NCBI GenBank assembly: GCA_000165425.1
Contig: CT867988.1
Coordinates: forward strand, 93,370-157,369
DNA from: Paramecium tetraurelia
Lineage: Eukaryota
Length of the DNA: 64,000 bases
Direction: 5' to 3'
The stretch's first letter is position 1. Every line of letters begins with the position of its first letter. A program made the position numbers and the translations under genes. The notes beneath the pieces were generated by a model, which made no database searches, was not told where the DNA came from, and worked only from the letters and a program-made list of their open reading frames with translations. Below are positions 25,513 through 40,053 of this stretch, in pieces.

Positions 25513-26352
25513 TTCAATTATATTATTAATAGTACATTATTCAATGCAGGCAAAATATTAATTAATTAAGCATTTCTTATAATCTTTAATTCCATTCATA
25601 TTTTCTTACTTGTTTTTCAACCTGATTACCTTTATTGTTGTTTCAAAAATGAACAGAATCCAAACTATTTATGAGGCAGAAGTAAACTCTAAATATTAAT
25701 TTAATACTTCAACCATATATTATTAAAATATTATCGAATATATATTTTTTTTCTCAAGTTATTATTATTTCTGTATTAATTAATTAATTAAAAGATATCA
25801 ATAATTCTTTGAGCAAAGACATTTTGAAAATAACTTTGAATAATTTATTAAAGATTAGAGAATTTCATATCTTTATGTTAAATAGAAGATTTATCAAAGA
25901 TGAAAGAAATGGAAAATTTGAATATTTCCAATCAAATATTTGAAAGTATACTACCTAATAAAAGTATCGTCAAGGACTCAATTCAAATGCATAGCACCTT
26001 TACAATTGGGAATGATTTATTTTGATTCTTTCAATGTAAAAACTATGATGATATTTGACAAATTTTTAACTAATCATTTATCAATAATTATTCTTTGACT
26101 GACTAATTTATTAATGTATTGTTTATGAAATTCACATTCAAATGGCAACCATAAAATTTCAACTTTGTTGATTGTAATACATATTATATTCTTATTTTAG
26201 GGCTCCTGAAGGAATGATTTTTGAGAATTTGATAGAAATAATGACATTTTGTTATTATATGTTCATTATGTAATCAAATTCTTAATTCCAAAGTACATTA
26301 GCTTATAAATAATTCATTCTTAATTAATCTTAATATTTAATTATAATAAAAA

Positions 26353-28331
26353 ATGTTTATTAATTTTTAGAGAAAGGCACTGAAAAGTCTAAAAAAAGTT
26401 GATATTTTTTCATAGCCTGTTTAACTGTTGATAAAATCGGAAGAAGGACATAAAACTTTGTTTGGAGCCTGTCTAACATTGGGGTTGATATCCTTTTTCC
26501 TTTACCTACTTGTTATTAATCTATATACCTTGGGGTAAAGAGATAATCCCACCTCACTAACAACAGAGGTTTACCACGCATAACCAGAATACTACAAATT
26601 TAATGAATAAAATTTCACTCTAACATTTGCTATTTAGTCACCCGATTATGCAACATACATAGATGAATCTGTCTATGTTGTAGAAGCTCAAATCACAACC
26701 AAGAAAACAAAGACGTATTATATTAAATCAAAGTATTAGTGTTGATAGTCAGAAAATCGATGAATGGACTTCACAAGAACTTCCTCTCACTTCCTGCACT
26801 CCAGAACTCATTCGGTAAGTTGAATTGTAAGAATATTTTTCTCATTTAAATTTACCCACTAATTATTGCATCGATTGGAATAGAATAAACGAGTTGATTT
26901 TAGAAGGCACTTTTGATTCTCAATCCTATAGTTTTATTTAATTATAGTTTAAAATGTGCAACAAATAAACAAAAAAAACAAAGGAATGTAAATCAAGGGA
27001 TGAAATTAAATAACTGTTAGAATAAAACTATTTTTCTCTTTAAATGTCCTCATACGTTGTAGATGTGAAAAATGAAGAAGAACCTTTTAAACCTAAAGGT
27101 GAAGATATCTTCACTACTATATCGAGCAAAATTTTTAAAGAAATTTCTTTTTATATGTAGCCAATAACAGTATTTACAGATCTCGGCCTTATTACTGAGG
27201 ATAACGAAATCCATAAAACCTTAAGATATAAAAGACATACAGAAATGATTGATTTAAATTAGAGTGATTTAATTATGAATGTTGTAATACGTTTAGATTA
27301 GATTGAACAACAATATTATAGAAGCTACACCAAAATTCAATTTATCCTAAGCTAAATGGGAGGGCTTTGGTAGGTCTTTTTTACAATTGCCTTTTTAATA
27401 TAGAAACCAATAAATATGCTATCTTATTATGTTAGAATTTTGAATTCGTTGTTTGAATTCGAGCAAGAGAAGAAAAAAACAACTATCACTTAAAGAGAAG
27501 ATGATCGAAATTAAGAAGCACCATAATAAGAACTTATGACAAGAAAATAACTACAGTCTACTAGAGAAGGATTATTTGTAGAAAATAAAAAAAAAGCATT
27601 TTAACGATTGCAATCTATTAAAATAAAGAAGAAACAGATGGAAGTTATAGATTCTCTGGTTGTAGATCCGCAATCAAAAGAAGAAGCCAAATTAGAATTA
27701 ACAAAAGCTATATCTTTTTCAATTAAAAAATATTTTCAGAGTATTTCAAAAAAGTTAAAAATGAAATGGACTGATTATCTGTATTTCATAAGCTGCTTTG
27801 TTAAGTAAGCTATATAACTTATTTAGTTCTAAAAATTATAAAAGTCTTCAAATTGAATACTCTGTCAAAAAAATTATTAAGCAAATGGATATTTTATATA
27901 TAATGAAGAAATTGTAGGAAATTGATAAATTGAAAATGATCTTACTAACAGAATCTCAGATTAAGGTTTTTGATTATCTTTAAAAACCTACAATTCCATT
28001 AGATCCAAATTCCAAATAGTTTAGCATAAATTAACATTATTATTCGATTTTAAAACCTATGAAAAGTGATTTTTAGAGAGCAGTAGATGCCTAGAATGCT
28101 TTTAAAGAAATTGTTGAAAATTTAGATAATCCAATTAATGTGAAATTAATAAATTCTATAGATAAAACAATAGTTGATTTATTAAAAATGAGAAAGAATA
28201 CTTTGGATTTAATATCAATAGACGATGCCTGTATTAGCGAATAAGGATAAGATAGAAATGCTGTGCTTGCAATTGATATCAAATAAAAGCATTCTTCATT
28301 AGCAAACTGCCAATCTGAAGCAAAATTTTGA
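26353..28331 (+). CDS. Uncharacterised ciliate two-TM protein with large Cys-containing ectodomain (copy A)
   Basis: KVDIFSQPVQL...HKTLFGACLTL+TM1; EGTFDS...CKSRDEI; YRSYTKIQFILSQMGG+TM2; cytosolic MDILYIMKKLQEIDKLKMILL...KP. Confidence 0.8.
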
Positions 28332-28378
28332 TGATTATACATAAAAATGCATAAAGTATATTGATTAATTCAGTGAAA

Positions 28379-29341
28379 TCATGCCTTTTTCTTCTTCTTA
28401 GAACCACTAGGAAGTACCTTCATGCAGCAAAATCCATCTTCTCTATCTGGTTGATCTCGTATTTCTTTTTTGTTACTAGGTCTTGCGGAGATCTCAGAAG
28501 ACATAATTATAGTGCCAAGGCTACTTGTCGTTTAACCGTATGCACTAAATATATTTTTTTTTCCTTTATCTTATCCTTTTTAATCATTAGTAATTGAGGC
28601 AATTTCTTGATTAAGCTTGCTAATATTCTCATTCATAATATCAATTTGATCTTGAATTTACTACTTTTCAATTTATAGTTTTTGTTCTTTATTTTAACTT
28701 ATTATAATATGGATTTTTACAGATTTTCTTGTTCTTTTTCTAAAACTTATTTTTCCTTCTCTTTTCTCTATTTTTCCTCCACTAGCCTACGATATTATTC
28801 ACTTAATTTCAAACTCTCTTGATTGCATTATTCCTATCTATTTTCTGCTTCTTTAATATTTAATTTAATTTATTGTTCTCTCTTTTCAAATTCTTTCTAA
28901 GCTTTTTCAATTTAGTATTTGATTGTTTACTCTTAAGATAATAGATCTTAAAATTAGCCATTAACAGATTCCAAAGTACCTTATAATTCTTTATACTAAA
29001 CTTATAGTTCTTATTCTTTTTTTTCATGCTGAATTTTTATAGATTTAATAATAATACCTTTGAAGTAATTTTTGTATATAGAATTTAATCTTCGCATTCT
29101 CTACAGATTTTGCCAATTTTATCATCATCTAAGGGATCTTTTCTTTATTTTACAATATGCGATTTGCAGACATAATTTAAACAAAAAATACTAAGAACCA
29201 TCTTAAAAAAATTATATACCAAAATGCCTTAGACTTTAAAAGTCCTTAAAGAGATGCTGGACATTATGGGCAGTTGACTTGATTTACCTTTTTCTCCTTC
29301 TTACGGATAGCTCTTTATTCCTTTGTTAGAGAGTAATACAT
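28379..29341 (-). CDS. FYVE-like zinc finger plus coiled-coil protein
   Basis: CPQC ... FCIFC..VCKSH ... ICREC followed by a long K/E/Q coiled coil; ends SGSKKKKKA-TGA. Confidence 0.65.
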
Positions 29342-29491
29342 TTTTATAAAATTAATTATTGATATTTTTAATATTTTATAGGAAGTTGAGAAATAGAAAA
29401 ACCTATAAAAACCTTATAGAATGTATTTTTAAAGATATTTCAAGTTTTTATTAATATTTAGAAGAATTCAAAATTTTATTAAATTATATTA

Positions 29492-30972
<1,481 letters not shown>

Positions 30973-31086
30973 TAAATTTTTTTCATATTGTTTAATACAA
31001 TAATCAATATTGATTAAGTTGATTTATAGACTATTCTATACATTGAGGCTTAATTATAGAACATAAATTTTAGGTTTATAATTTCA

Positions 31087-31813
31087 ATGTACATCAATTA
31101 ACCCAATCCTTATTACTTCTTTGTTCCTTACTATATTCCATACCAATTCAATTCTTCAGTTTTATAAGAAATCCCCAAGACTGAACTCCATTCTGAGAGT
31201 GAAAAAGAGCAGACTAAACCACTCAAAGATGAATATCATACTAACGCTAGTGGAATTGTAAGAGGAAAAGGCTAATTATGGACTTAAAAGGAAATAAATA
31301 ATCTCGTCTCTTACTATAAAAAGTACAAAGGCAACTGGAAATAAATCATCAAACATCTCAAAGGAAGAAATATCTCGTAATGTTCTCAAAAATACCGAAA
31401 GCTCTAAGATTAAGAGAAAAGAACAAAAAAGAAATGGTCTTTAGCCGAAGATCAAATCTTGATAGAGGCGTATAAAGAATTTGGAAGATAATGGATAAAA
31501 ATAAGTGAAAGTACATATTATTGTAATTCTAGGATTGCCAAGCCGAACTTCAAAATAGGTGCGTGATAGATACGTGAATTAAATAGACCCATCAATAACA
31601 CATGAGGAATGGTCAAAAGAGGAGGATAGAATTATTTTAGAAGAATATAATAAAGGCGGGGCAAGATGGGCTGTCATTGCTAAAATGCTTAAAAATAGAT
31701 CGGTAATATAATCATTCTATTTTTAGGAAAACCAAGTAAAAAATCGTTTTTATTACACTATTCTAAAAAAATATTAAGGTGAACAACACCCATACTTAAA
31801 AGTATAAGAATGA
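31087..31813 (+). CDS. Three-repeat Myb-domain transcription factor; 2 introns
   Basis: LWTQKE...NWKQI...GRNISQCSQKY; KWSLAED...QWIKIS..LPSRTSKQVRDRY; EWSKEED...RWAVIAKMLKNRSENQVKNRF. Confidence 0.9.
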
Positions 31814-33344
31814 AGTTTTAAAGTTGATTATTAAGTTTGATTATTTAATTTCTAAAAATATATAAATATTCATTTTTTTGCCAAAACTCAAATTTTGTGT
31901 TAAAATAAATTTTCCAATTTCCACTATAAGCAAACCTTTTGGGTAACTAGTGACAGTTAGACAGCCTAAATTTTATAGAGAGTAGGCTATAAATAAAATA
32001 ATTTTGTCTAATAATAATGGAAAAATTGACAGTTCCAATAAGAAAAATTTTATTTCCAAATTCTATAATGTGTTTAGAAATTAGATTACCTATTAATAAG
32101 GATAGCCTAAAGGATGATTCTATTAAGAAATTATGTTTTAGATATCTTTATGGTGCAACACTTTTGAAACATATTTCACTTTTCGCTTTTTCTTTTAACA
32201 ATTGTTTACTATACAATTACCAGTTTAATTAATTTTAGGCAAATCAACGAAACATATTTCAGTATTTGCTGCTAATTGACCCACATATAAGGTAATTTAA
32301 TCCATTCTTTTTTTTCTAAATGACAACTCTCCAAAATAAGACAAAAGGCAGAAATAAAAAAAAAATTCAACTACTTCTAATTTAAGTTATTTAGATCCTG
32401 CATTCATAATCAAAAGTACCTCAAAATAATTTTTGATCCTTAACACTATAGATAGGTTATTTTACTATTAATTCTCCATAATATAAGTAAATGGCAAACA
32501 GGATCATTTGTCAAAAATAATCTATATATACTGGAGAGAGTAGACACAAAAACTTTTATATATTATCAAAGCTGCTATTCTGATTTAATTAACTTCAGAA
32601 ATATAAATAGATTCTGGATGAAGTTATTAAATTGATATCCAACATTTTCTTGAAAATTTATATTCTTAATTTAAACTGATTTGCTCTACTAATATTATTG
32701 TTTCTAGTTCCTCAGTAAGCGTGTCAAATAAAATCAAATTTTATAATTTGGATTTCCCCTTAAATTTTAGCAATTATTTGGTTGCATGACTTAAAAGCTT
32801 TCTTCTAACATTGTCTGGCATAAAATGAATGGAGGTCAATCTCTCAACTAATTTTAAACAAATATCATAAAAGGAACCGTAGTTTTCCCATAAAGAATAT
32901 TTATATTAATAAAATATAACCCATTTCCTTCTTTTCTAATCAAGACTCTAGTTTCCTTCATTTTCTTTTATCCTTATTCATTAACTTCATTTGACAGATT
33001 CCAGTATATTACCAAACTAGCTTATATTTCGAGATTCTCGATTTCTAAATTAATAACATTTTATTCAATTTGTAATTAAAATATGAAAGAGATATATATA
33101 TTTTATACTCTTTTAAGTTTAGAAATAGTTAGTAGTAATTATTATATAACCAATTCCTTCTAATTATAAATTATGCTTCATTTCTGAATTTTATTAGTAT
33201 GAGAAAAACATTAGATATTAAACAACCAATTATATTAGATAAATAAAATTTATTTAAATATAAATGATCAAAATTTATAGTAAATAATAATAGAGTTATT
33301 TAATATGAAATTACTGTATATTTAAAACACACAATGAACATTAA

Positions 33345-35500
33345 TCAATCAACCTCTTCCATCTTTGATTTGGTGGCTTCAGTGTTGGCATCTTCCTTTT
33401 TCTAAGAAAAATATAAATGATTAATAATACCTCTAATTATGGAAGTTTTTCATCTTCTTCTTCAATACCAGCATCATCAATAGATAAACCGAGTTTAATC
33501 ATCTTGTGGATTCTGTTGGCGAAGTGAGTTGGGTCATCAAGACTGAATCCAGAAGTAAGAAGAGCAGTTTCATAGAGTAACCAGATAAGGTCCTTGACAG
33601 TCTTGTCACTCTTATCCTTGTCTGATTTCTTCTTTAATTCAGTGAGGATTGGGTGATTGGCATTGATTTCTAATGTCTTCTTGGACATCATGTAACTGCT
33701 CATTGATGGATCTCTCAAAGCTTAAGCTTTCATGATTCTTTCCATATTGGCAGACCATCCATATTCACCGGTGACTAAGACACATGGTGATTAGTCAAGT
33801 CTTTATCCTAATTAGACCTTTTCAACCTTGTCTCCCAAGATTTCCTTGATCAATTTGCATAATCCTTCAAATGATGACTTTTATTCTTCAAATTTCTTCT
33901 TTTCATCTTCAGTTTAATCTAAGTCTAAGCCTTCCTTTGTGCAGTTCTTCAATTTCTTTCCATCGAATTCCTTCAATTATTGGATGACATATTCATCAAT
34001 TGGGTCAATCATATAGAGGACTTCATAATCCTTCTTCTTTAAGGCTTCAACAAATGGTGAAGCAGCAACTGAGGCTTTGGATTCTCCTGTAATGAAGAAG
34101 ATATCCTTTTATCCTTCCTTCATTTTTCCGACATAGTCCTTGAGTGAGATTAATTCTTCACCACTCTTTGATGTGTGGAATCTGAGGAATTCGCTCAATT
34201 TGGTTCTGTTGGCTGAATCTTCATGGATACCTAATTTGAGATTCTTTGAGAATTGTTCATAGAATTTCTTGTAATCTTCAGCATTTTCACTGATTTCTGT
34301 GATCATTTCGATGCATTTCTTGGTGATGTTCTTCTTGATGACTTTCAAGATCTTGTTGTGTTACAAGAATTCTCTTGAAATATTCAAGGGTAAATCTTCA
34401 GAATCAACGACTCCCTTAACGAATCCCAAATATTCTGGGATCAATTCTTCACAGTCATCCATAATGAAGACTCTTCTGACGTACAATTTGATGTTGTTCT
34501 TCTTCTTCTTGGTTTCGAACAAATCGAATGGTGCTCTCTTTGGAATAAAGAGGACAGCCTTGAATTCCAAACCTCCTTCAACTGAGAATTATTTGACTGT
34601 CAAATGTTCTTCCCAATCGTTGGTCAATTATTTGTAGAAATTAGCATATTCTTCCTTGGTGATTTCTTCTGGTTTCTTCATCCATAATGGCTTGTTCTTG
34701 TTAACTTATTCGAATTCAGTACTGACTTCCTTGATCTTCTTCTTCTTCTTTTCAGCCTTGTCCTTCTCTTCTTAGACTTCACCTTCTTCAGCCTTCTTTT
34801 CCTTATTTTCATCTTCATCATCACTGACTTCCTTCTCTGTTGTCTTTTCAATTTATAATTCAATTGGGAATCCAATGAATTCTGAGTGTTTCTTGACCAA
34901 ATCCTTGATTCTCTTTTCTTCCAAGAATTCTAAGTTATCTTACTTCATGTGTAAGATGATGATTGAACCTCTGGTCAATTAGACTGGGTTTTCAACATCA
35001 TCATAGACAAAGAATGTACCACCAGCTTATGATTCCCATCTGTATTATTATTCACCAACAGCCTTGGAGATGACAACAACCTTATCAGCGACCAAATAGG
35101 CAGAGTAGAAACCGACACCAAATTGTCCAATCATAGAAATATCAGCTCCTGAGCTCAAAGCTTCCATGAAGGCCTTGGTACCTGACTTAGCAATGGTACC
35201 CAAGTTGTTGATCATTTCATCTCTGGTCATACCAATACCTGTATCCTAGATGGTCAAAGTATTGTTATTTTTATCTGGGACAATCTTGATCTTGAAATTT
35301 GGTTCAACGTTCAAGCCAGCACTGTCTGGGTCTGTAATAGACTTATATCTAATCTTGTCTAAAGCATCTGAAGCATTAGAGATCAATTCTCTCAAGAAAA
35401 TTTCTTTGTTTGAGTAGAATGTGTTGATAATTAAACCCATCAATTGTTGGATATCTGCATTGAAGTGGAATTACTCTTCCTTCTTTTACTCTGTTGCCAT
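33345..35500 (-). CDS. HSP90: Cytosolic heat shock protein 90; 1 intron near 3' end
   Basis: [62 protein letters not shown]-terminal MEEVD-TGA. Confidence 0.99.
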
Positions 35501-35563
35501 TATTTAATTTTAAAACTTAAAAATTATCTGTGAATCGAACTTAATTTATACTCAATTTTTTAT

Positions 35564-35576
35564 TTCTAGAAGTTTC
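35564..35576. promoter_or_regulatory. Heat-shock element (three inverted nGAAn units) upstream of HSP90
   Basis: TTC-TA-GAA-GT-TTC, 64-76 nt upstream of the HSP90 ATG. Confidence 0.6.
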
Positions 35577-36117
35577 GAATTAATAAAAAAAAATTTTATT
35601 TCCTATATTTTTTAATTTCTTTAAATATATTTAATTGCATTTCAAAAAATATATCTATTAAATTCATGTTATAACTTTTTATATTCCCCCTCAATATATT
35701 TCTTATATTATATCTATGTGAAAGATTAGTCAAATGATTTTCTGTCTAGAACTGCAAGATCCATAGAAATAGGCAATCCAAGGTAGAGAAATGAGCAATA
35801 CTCATGAATGGAGTTTAATTTAATCAAATTAAGTACGTGTTTATATTTATATAAAAATTATTTCACCTCTTTTTAGTATTAATAATAATAATTAATCTCT
35901 CTTTTCTACTAATTATGTTATGATTACTTTTGAATAGACTTTTTATTTAATAAGCTTTTGAATTTGAAGTGTAAATGTATATTATTTGAATAAATTGCCA
36001 ATCGATTTGAATGATCTGATTGTAAAAATAAGGGGATTGGTGTGGATCGTTGTAAAAGAAAGTCGTCTGAATTATTAATAAAAAAGATTTAAATAAAAAA
36101 TCAAATTTTTATCAGGA

Positions 36118-36794
36118 ATGGCAGCTAATAAGTTTTGGAAAAAGACAGAGGTAAATCATTTGTTTAATTATAAGTTAACTAATTTGGAATAATAAGTTGG
36201 TGTTGCATTGACTCAAATTGAGCAATCATTGGCTGATGCTAAGAATCTTAAACTCTCCTCAGTGGTTGATTATACAGCTAAAATTAATGCCAAGAAGCAA
36301 GTTTATTTGGTATACATTCCTCATCCTTGCTTATCCGTTTTCAATAAGGTTAGGTACTCCAAATGTGAAAATATAATAGCTCAAAATTATTACCAGAATT
36401 AGAGAAGAGACTCAAAGCCACAATTCTTGTTGTTGCCAAAAGAACAATTGAAAGTAAATGGGTCAAGAGTCACAGATCATAAACAAGACCAAATTCAAGA
36501 ACACTCACCTCAGTATATGATTCAATCCTTGAAGACCTTGTTGCACCAACATTCATTTTAGGCAGAAGAACAAGAGTCAGAGTTGATGGCACTAAGTTTT
36601 ATAGAATGTAAAGACAAGTCAATAATTTTAGCTTCTTGGATGAATAAGACAAAGCAGAATTAGAGCCAAGACTTGATGCCGTTAAAGCTGTCTATAAATT
36701 ATTAACAACAAGAGATTTAGAATTTGAATTTAGAAGAGATGATGTTTTCTATTCAAAAAGAGGTGCAAGCAAGAAAGTCTAAAGAAAATAATGA
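36118..36794 (+). CDS. RPS7: 40S ribosomal protein S7 (eS7); 3 introns
   Basis: LLPELEKRL...VAKRTI...[35 protein letters not shown]. Confidence 0.95.
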
Positions 36795-37564
36795 GCAATA
36801 ATATTTAAGTACAATACAAATAAATACATGAAATAACAATCAATTTCTATTTCTTTTGCCATCATTCCTATGAGAATGAAAACCCAAAGAATAAACACAC
36901 AAATTATCACAATTAATTATTTTAGTTAAAAAATAACCTTTTCTTTATTATTTAGTATCTAAATTTTAACAATAATCCTTCTGGTCATAGAAATGTAATA
37001 AACACAAATTACTGCAATTCAATTAGGCATATTGACTATTAATAAACCAAATGAAATAATTCAATAATTTTATCAATATAATAATGCTTGAAGTTAATCT
37101 CAATTGTATGACATCCTATTTGAGCAAGATAAGATCTTTGCCTTTTTCTATAATATTTTAATCATCTAGATATCTTTTAGATCTATTTGATTATTTTGGT
37201 TATTCTTTAATTTATTAGATTAGTAGAGTTTTTAATTTAATTAAATAATAATAACTTAATAGGAACAATTTTGAATGATAAATATATATATATTTAACCT
37301 ATCTTACTAATTATGAATTAAATAATTTGTATTAAAGTGATAATTCCTTGAGATCAACAATAAAGTAATATTTTTATTATAACATTATTTACGCAATTAC
37401 ATTCGGGATTCTTTATTAAATAAATAGTGAAGTAGAACAAATTGAATTATAAGTAACTTGATCTATATTGCTTTCCTATAAAAAATTGCTTATTTTTTTA
37501 ATAAATTAAATTAATAATTAGAGTTAAGAAAGATAAAAATACAATCGTGCTAATATCATCAAAA

Positions 37565-39791
37565 TCAATCAATACTAGGAGGTTCGTTATATTTTAATTA
37601 AGGCTTTCTTTTCTATCCCCTTGCAGACAATTTTTACTGATCAATGAATTTGGACAACTTAAAAATAGCTTAAACTTCAGGACCTAACTTTTTTATTAAT
37701 TGTTTATTAATAATATTCTCTTCTTAATCCTAAAGAACTTCATCGTATGCCTAATTTATTATAGTAATTAACTCTACATTATATATATCCTAATACAATT
37801 AAGCATCTCCTCTTAAATGCATTCCTCTTTGAGAAGGTAATCTATTTTCATATTTATTTTCCTCTTTTTGCTTAGGTCTTAATATATATGTAATTCATTA
37901 CTAAATCTCAATATCACATTTGGATCTCTATTCAAAATAGGATCGATTTATTGTTTTTTTTGTAGTATCTAATGAAATCATAGGCTTAGGTGTGAAATTA
38001 AAGACCAATAATTGTTCAGGCGTAAAAATAACTTCTTTCATTTTGTCTAATTCATTTAATTTAGTTAATATATTAAATAAATCTATCTAATCTGTGATTT
38101 AGTCTCTAAAATGAAATACAATTTTACATAGCTTTATTCATTAACTAAATATTTTTTTTATTCTAACAACACCGATTACAAGTGATGAAATTGATAATCA
38201 TACTGAAACTTAATAAGACTGGTTAAGATCTATTAATTATTGTAATGATTTATTATTTGAAATATTATAAGCCGTTTTCTGGTCGAATTTTATTCCCAAA
38301 TGGATTTCTAATAAATCGAGTTGACGATCTCTAGAATTTACTGTGAGCTTCTTTTACATTTCTATCTTCATCATCTTGGTAATTGATCTCTTAATCATCT
38401 TCCTATTGCTTTATACCAAATTTCAATATTCCGTTTTTCTCTTTCTGCTTAATCAAACTCGGATTTACAAGTTTAATCTCTAAATCTTAATCAGTTAATC
38501 TTCTCGTTCTTAGTTCCTCTTATCTTTCTGTTGTTAAATGGTTTATCTGTTCTAAATTTTCTTCATGAATTTTTTCATGTTGTAGTTGAATTAACGAAAA
38601 TTCATACAGTTTATTAGCCAATTCAACCAGTACTTAATTTAACTTAATATGATACATTAGAATCTGTTGTAGAGTGATAGAATTATGCCAAGAAAAAAGA
38701 AGAAAATCTATTAGATGCCACCCAAATTTGATAGTAATTCATCAATTTTTAAGTAACTTCTGTAAATAGTAGTCTTGTAAGGACTTTTACGAAAGAATAG
38801 AGTAGCTATATCATTTGAGGTTTTAGAATGATATTCAATTCTTTCTTTCATTTCAGATTGATCTAAGATATAAAATTTTGACAATTCTATATCACTAAAA
38901 GGAGTTAAACTCAAATCGTTTAAGACTTCATATTCCTTAAGGAAAATGTCTGCAGTTTTGAGAACATCTGACGGTAGAAATTTGAGGTAAAATGAATCAT
39001 CTATGAAGGTTTATAAGTATTAATCATCAGGATTTTAAGGATTTAATATCTAATAAATATACAAAAGTATTAAACCTGATTAACTGTGTAGAGTCTTAAT
39101 TTAAATGAGCCACTCTTTTCGATTTCATTTTATCGTTCAGTTTCTGAAGCACACGATTAATTTGTAACACAATTATTTACTGAAATTTTCAAATACCAAA
39201 ATTGTTAATCTTTAAATTATTTCATAATAATTACTTGAATTAGTACCTTGTATAGTAAAAGTTGAATTATAACTAAAGTATTTTATATTATTTACTCAAA
39301 GCACAAGAAATTCTTTAGATCCAAATCATAAAATTATTTTGTTATATTAACATCATATTTACTAAAAATATTGGTGAATCTATCTAATGTACATGGTATT
39401 AGAACAAGTTATGAAGTATTTTCCATTTTTGATCCATTTAAAAATCTAGTAGTATGCATCTATTCAACCTAGATGTTAAAGTAAGGATTCTCAATAAAAT
39501 TATTTTATTCAATTTGAATAGCAAATGCAAAAGTATCATCATTCAATGTAGCCAAAGATGGAAATTCTTCAAACGTGGTTAATACTGTTGCTGTCAAATT
39601 TTCTTTGTTCAAAAATGAGATTAAATTTTGAGAAAAAATCAACAGCATTACAATAAATAAAATTAGTGATACGCATCCTCCAAATGCAGTCTTATAAAAA
39701 TTTTATTTATTCATTCTTAATGTAATTGTCTGACCAAATATGTCACATTTTGATAACCCTAATTAGATTTTAATTGATATTTACCTTTCAT
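37565..39791 (-). CDS. Uncharacterised ciliate two-TM protein (copy B, same family as 26353-28331)
   Basis: KCDIFGQTITL...YKTAFGGCVSL+TM1; YRSYLKIDELLSNLGG+TM2; IDLFNILTKLNELDKMKEVIF...PKP; ends PPSID-TGA. Confidence 0.78.
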
Positions 39792-40053
39792 AAATTAAGA
39801 CATCAATGTAAAAATAATTCTTTAAAAACTAATCAATTTTTAAAGCAAAAAGAACATATACTTCTTCAACTGTCATAATAATTAATAAGTTTAATTAAAA
39901 ACATAGGGTATTAAATCAGATCATAATAATAAAATAAGAGAAAAGAATTCTTTGTTTCTCTCTCTCTTATTTAATAAATAATAATGAAATAAAGAAATGT
40001 TGGAGCAAAGAATAAATTTAAATTTAATTTTAAGTTATATATAGCTTATTAAT

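Noticed and set aside
34299..34637. 112-aa plus-strand ORF inside HSP90 (and similar antisense ORFs at 56430, 56973 and 58158 inside PMCA)
   Set aside because: Antisense shadows of highly biased coding sequence with no protein-like features.
33345..35500. Many in-frame TAA/TAG suggesting HSP90 and other genes are pseudogenes
   Set aside because: They fall at Gln positions; explained by the ciliate genetic code.
35791..35805. Hairpin ATGAG-CAATA-CTCAT in the HSP90-RPS7 spacer
   Set aside because: A 5-bp stem is expected by chance and no snRNA or SECIS context is recognisable.
36005..36075. Possible box C/D snoRNA upstream of RPS7 (ATGATC...CTGA)
   Set aside because: Box C is imperfect, there is no clear terminal stem, and I could not identify a convincing rRNA-complementary guide.
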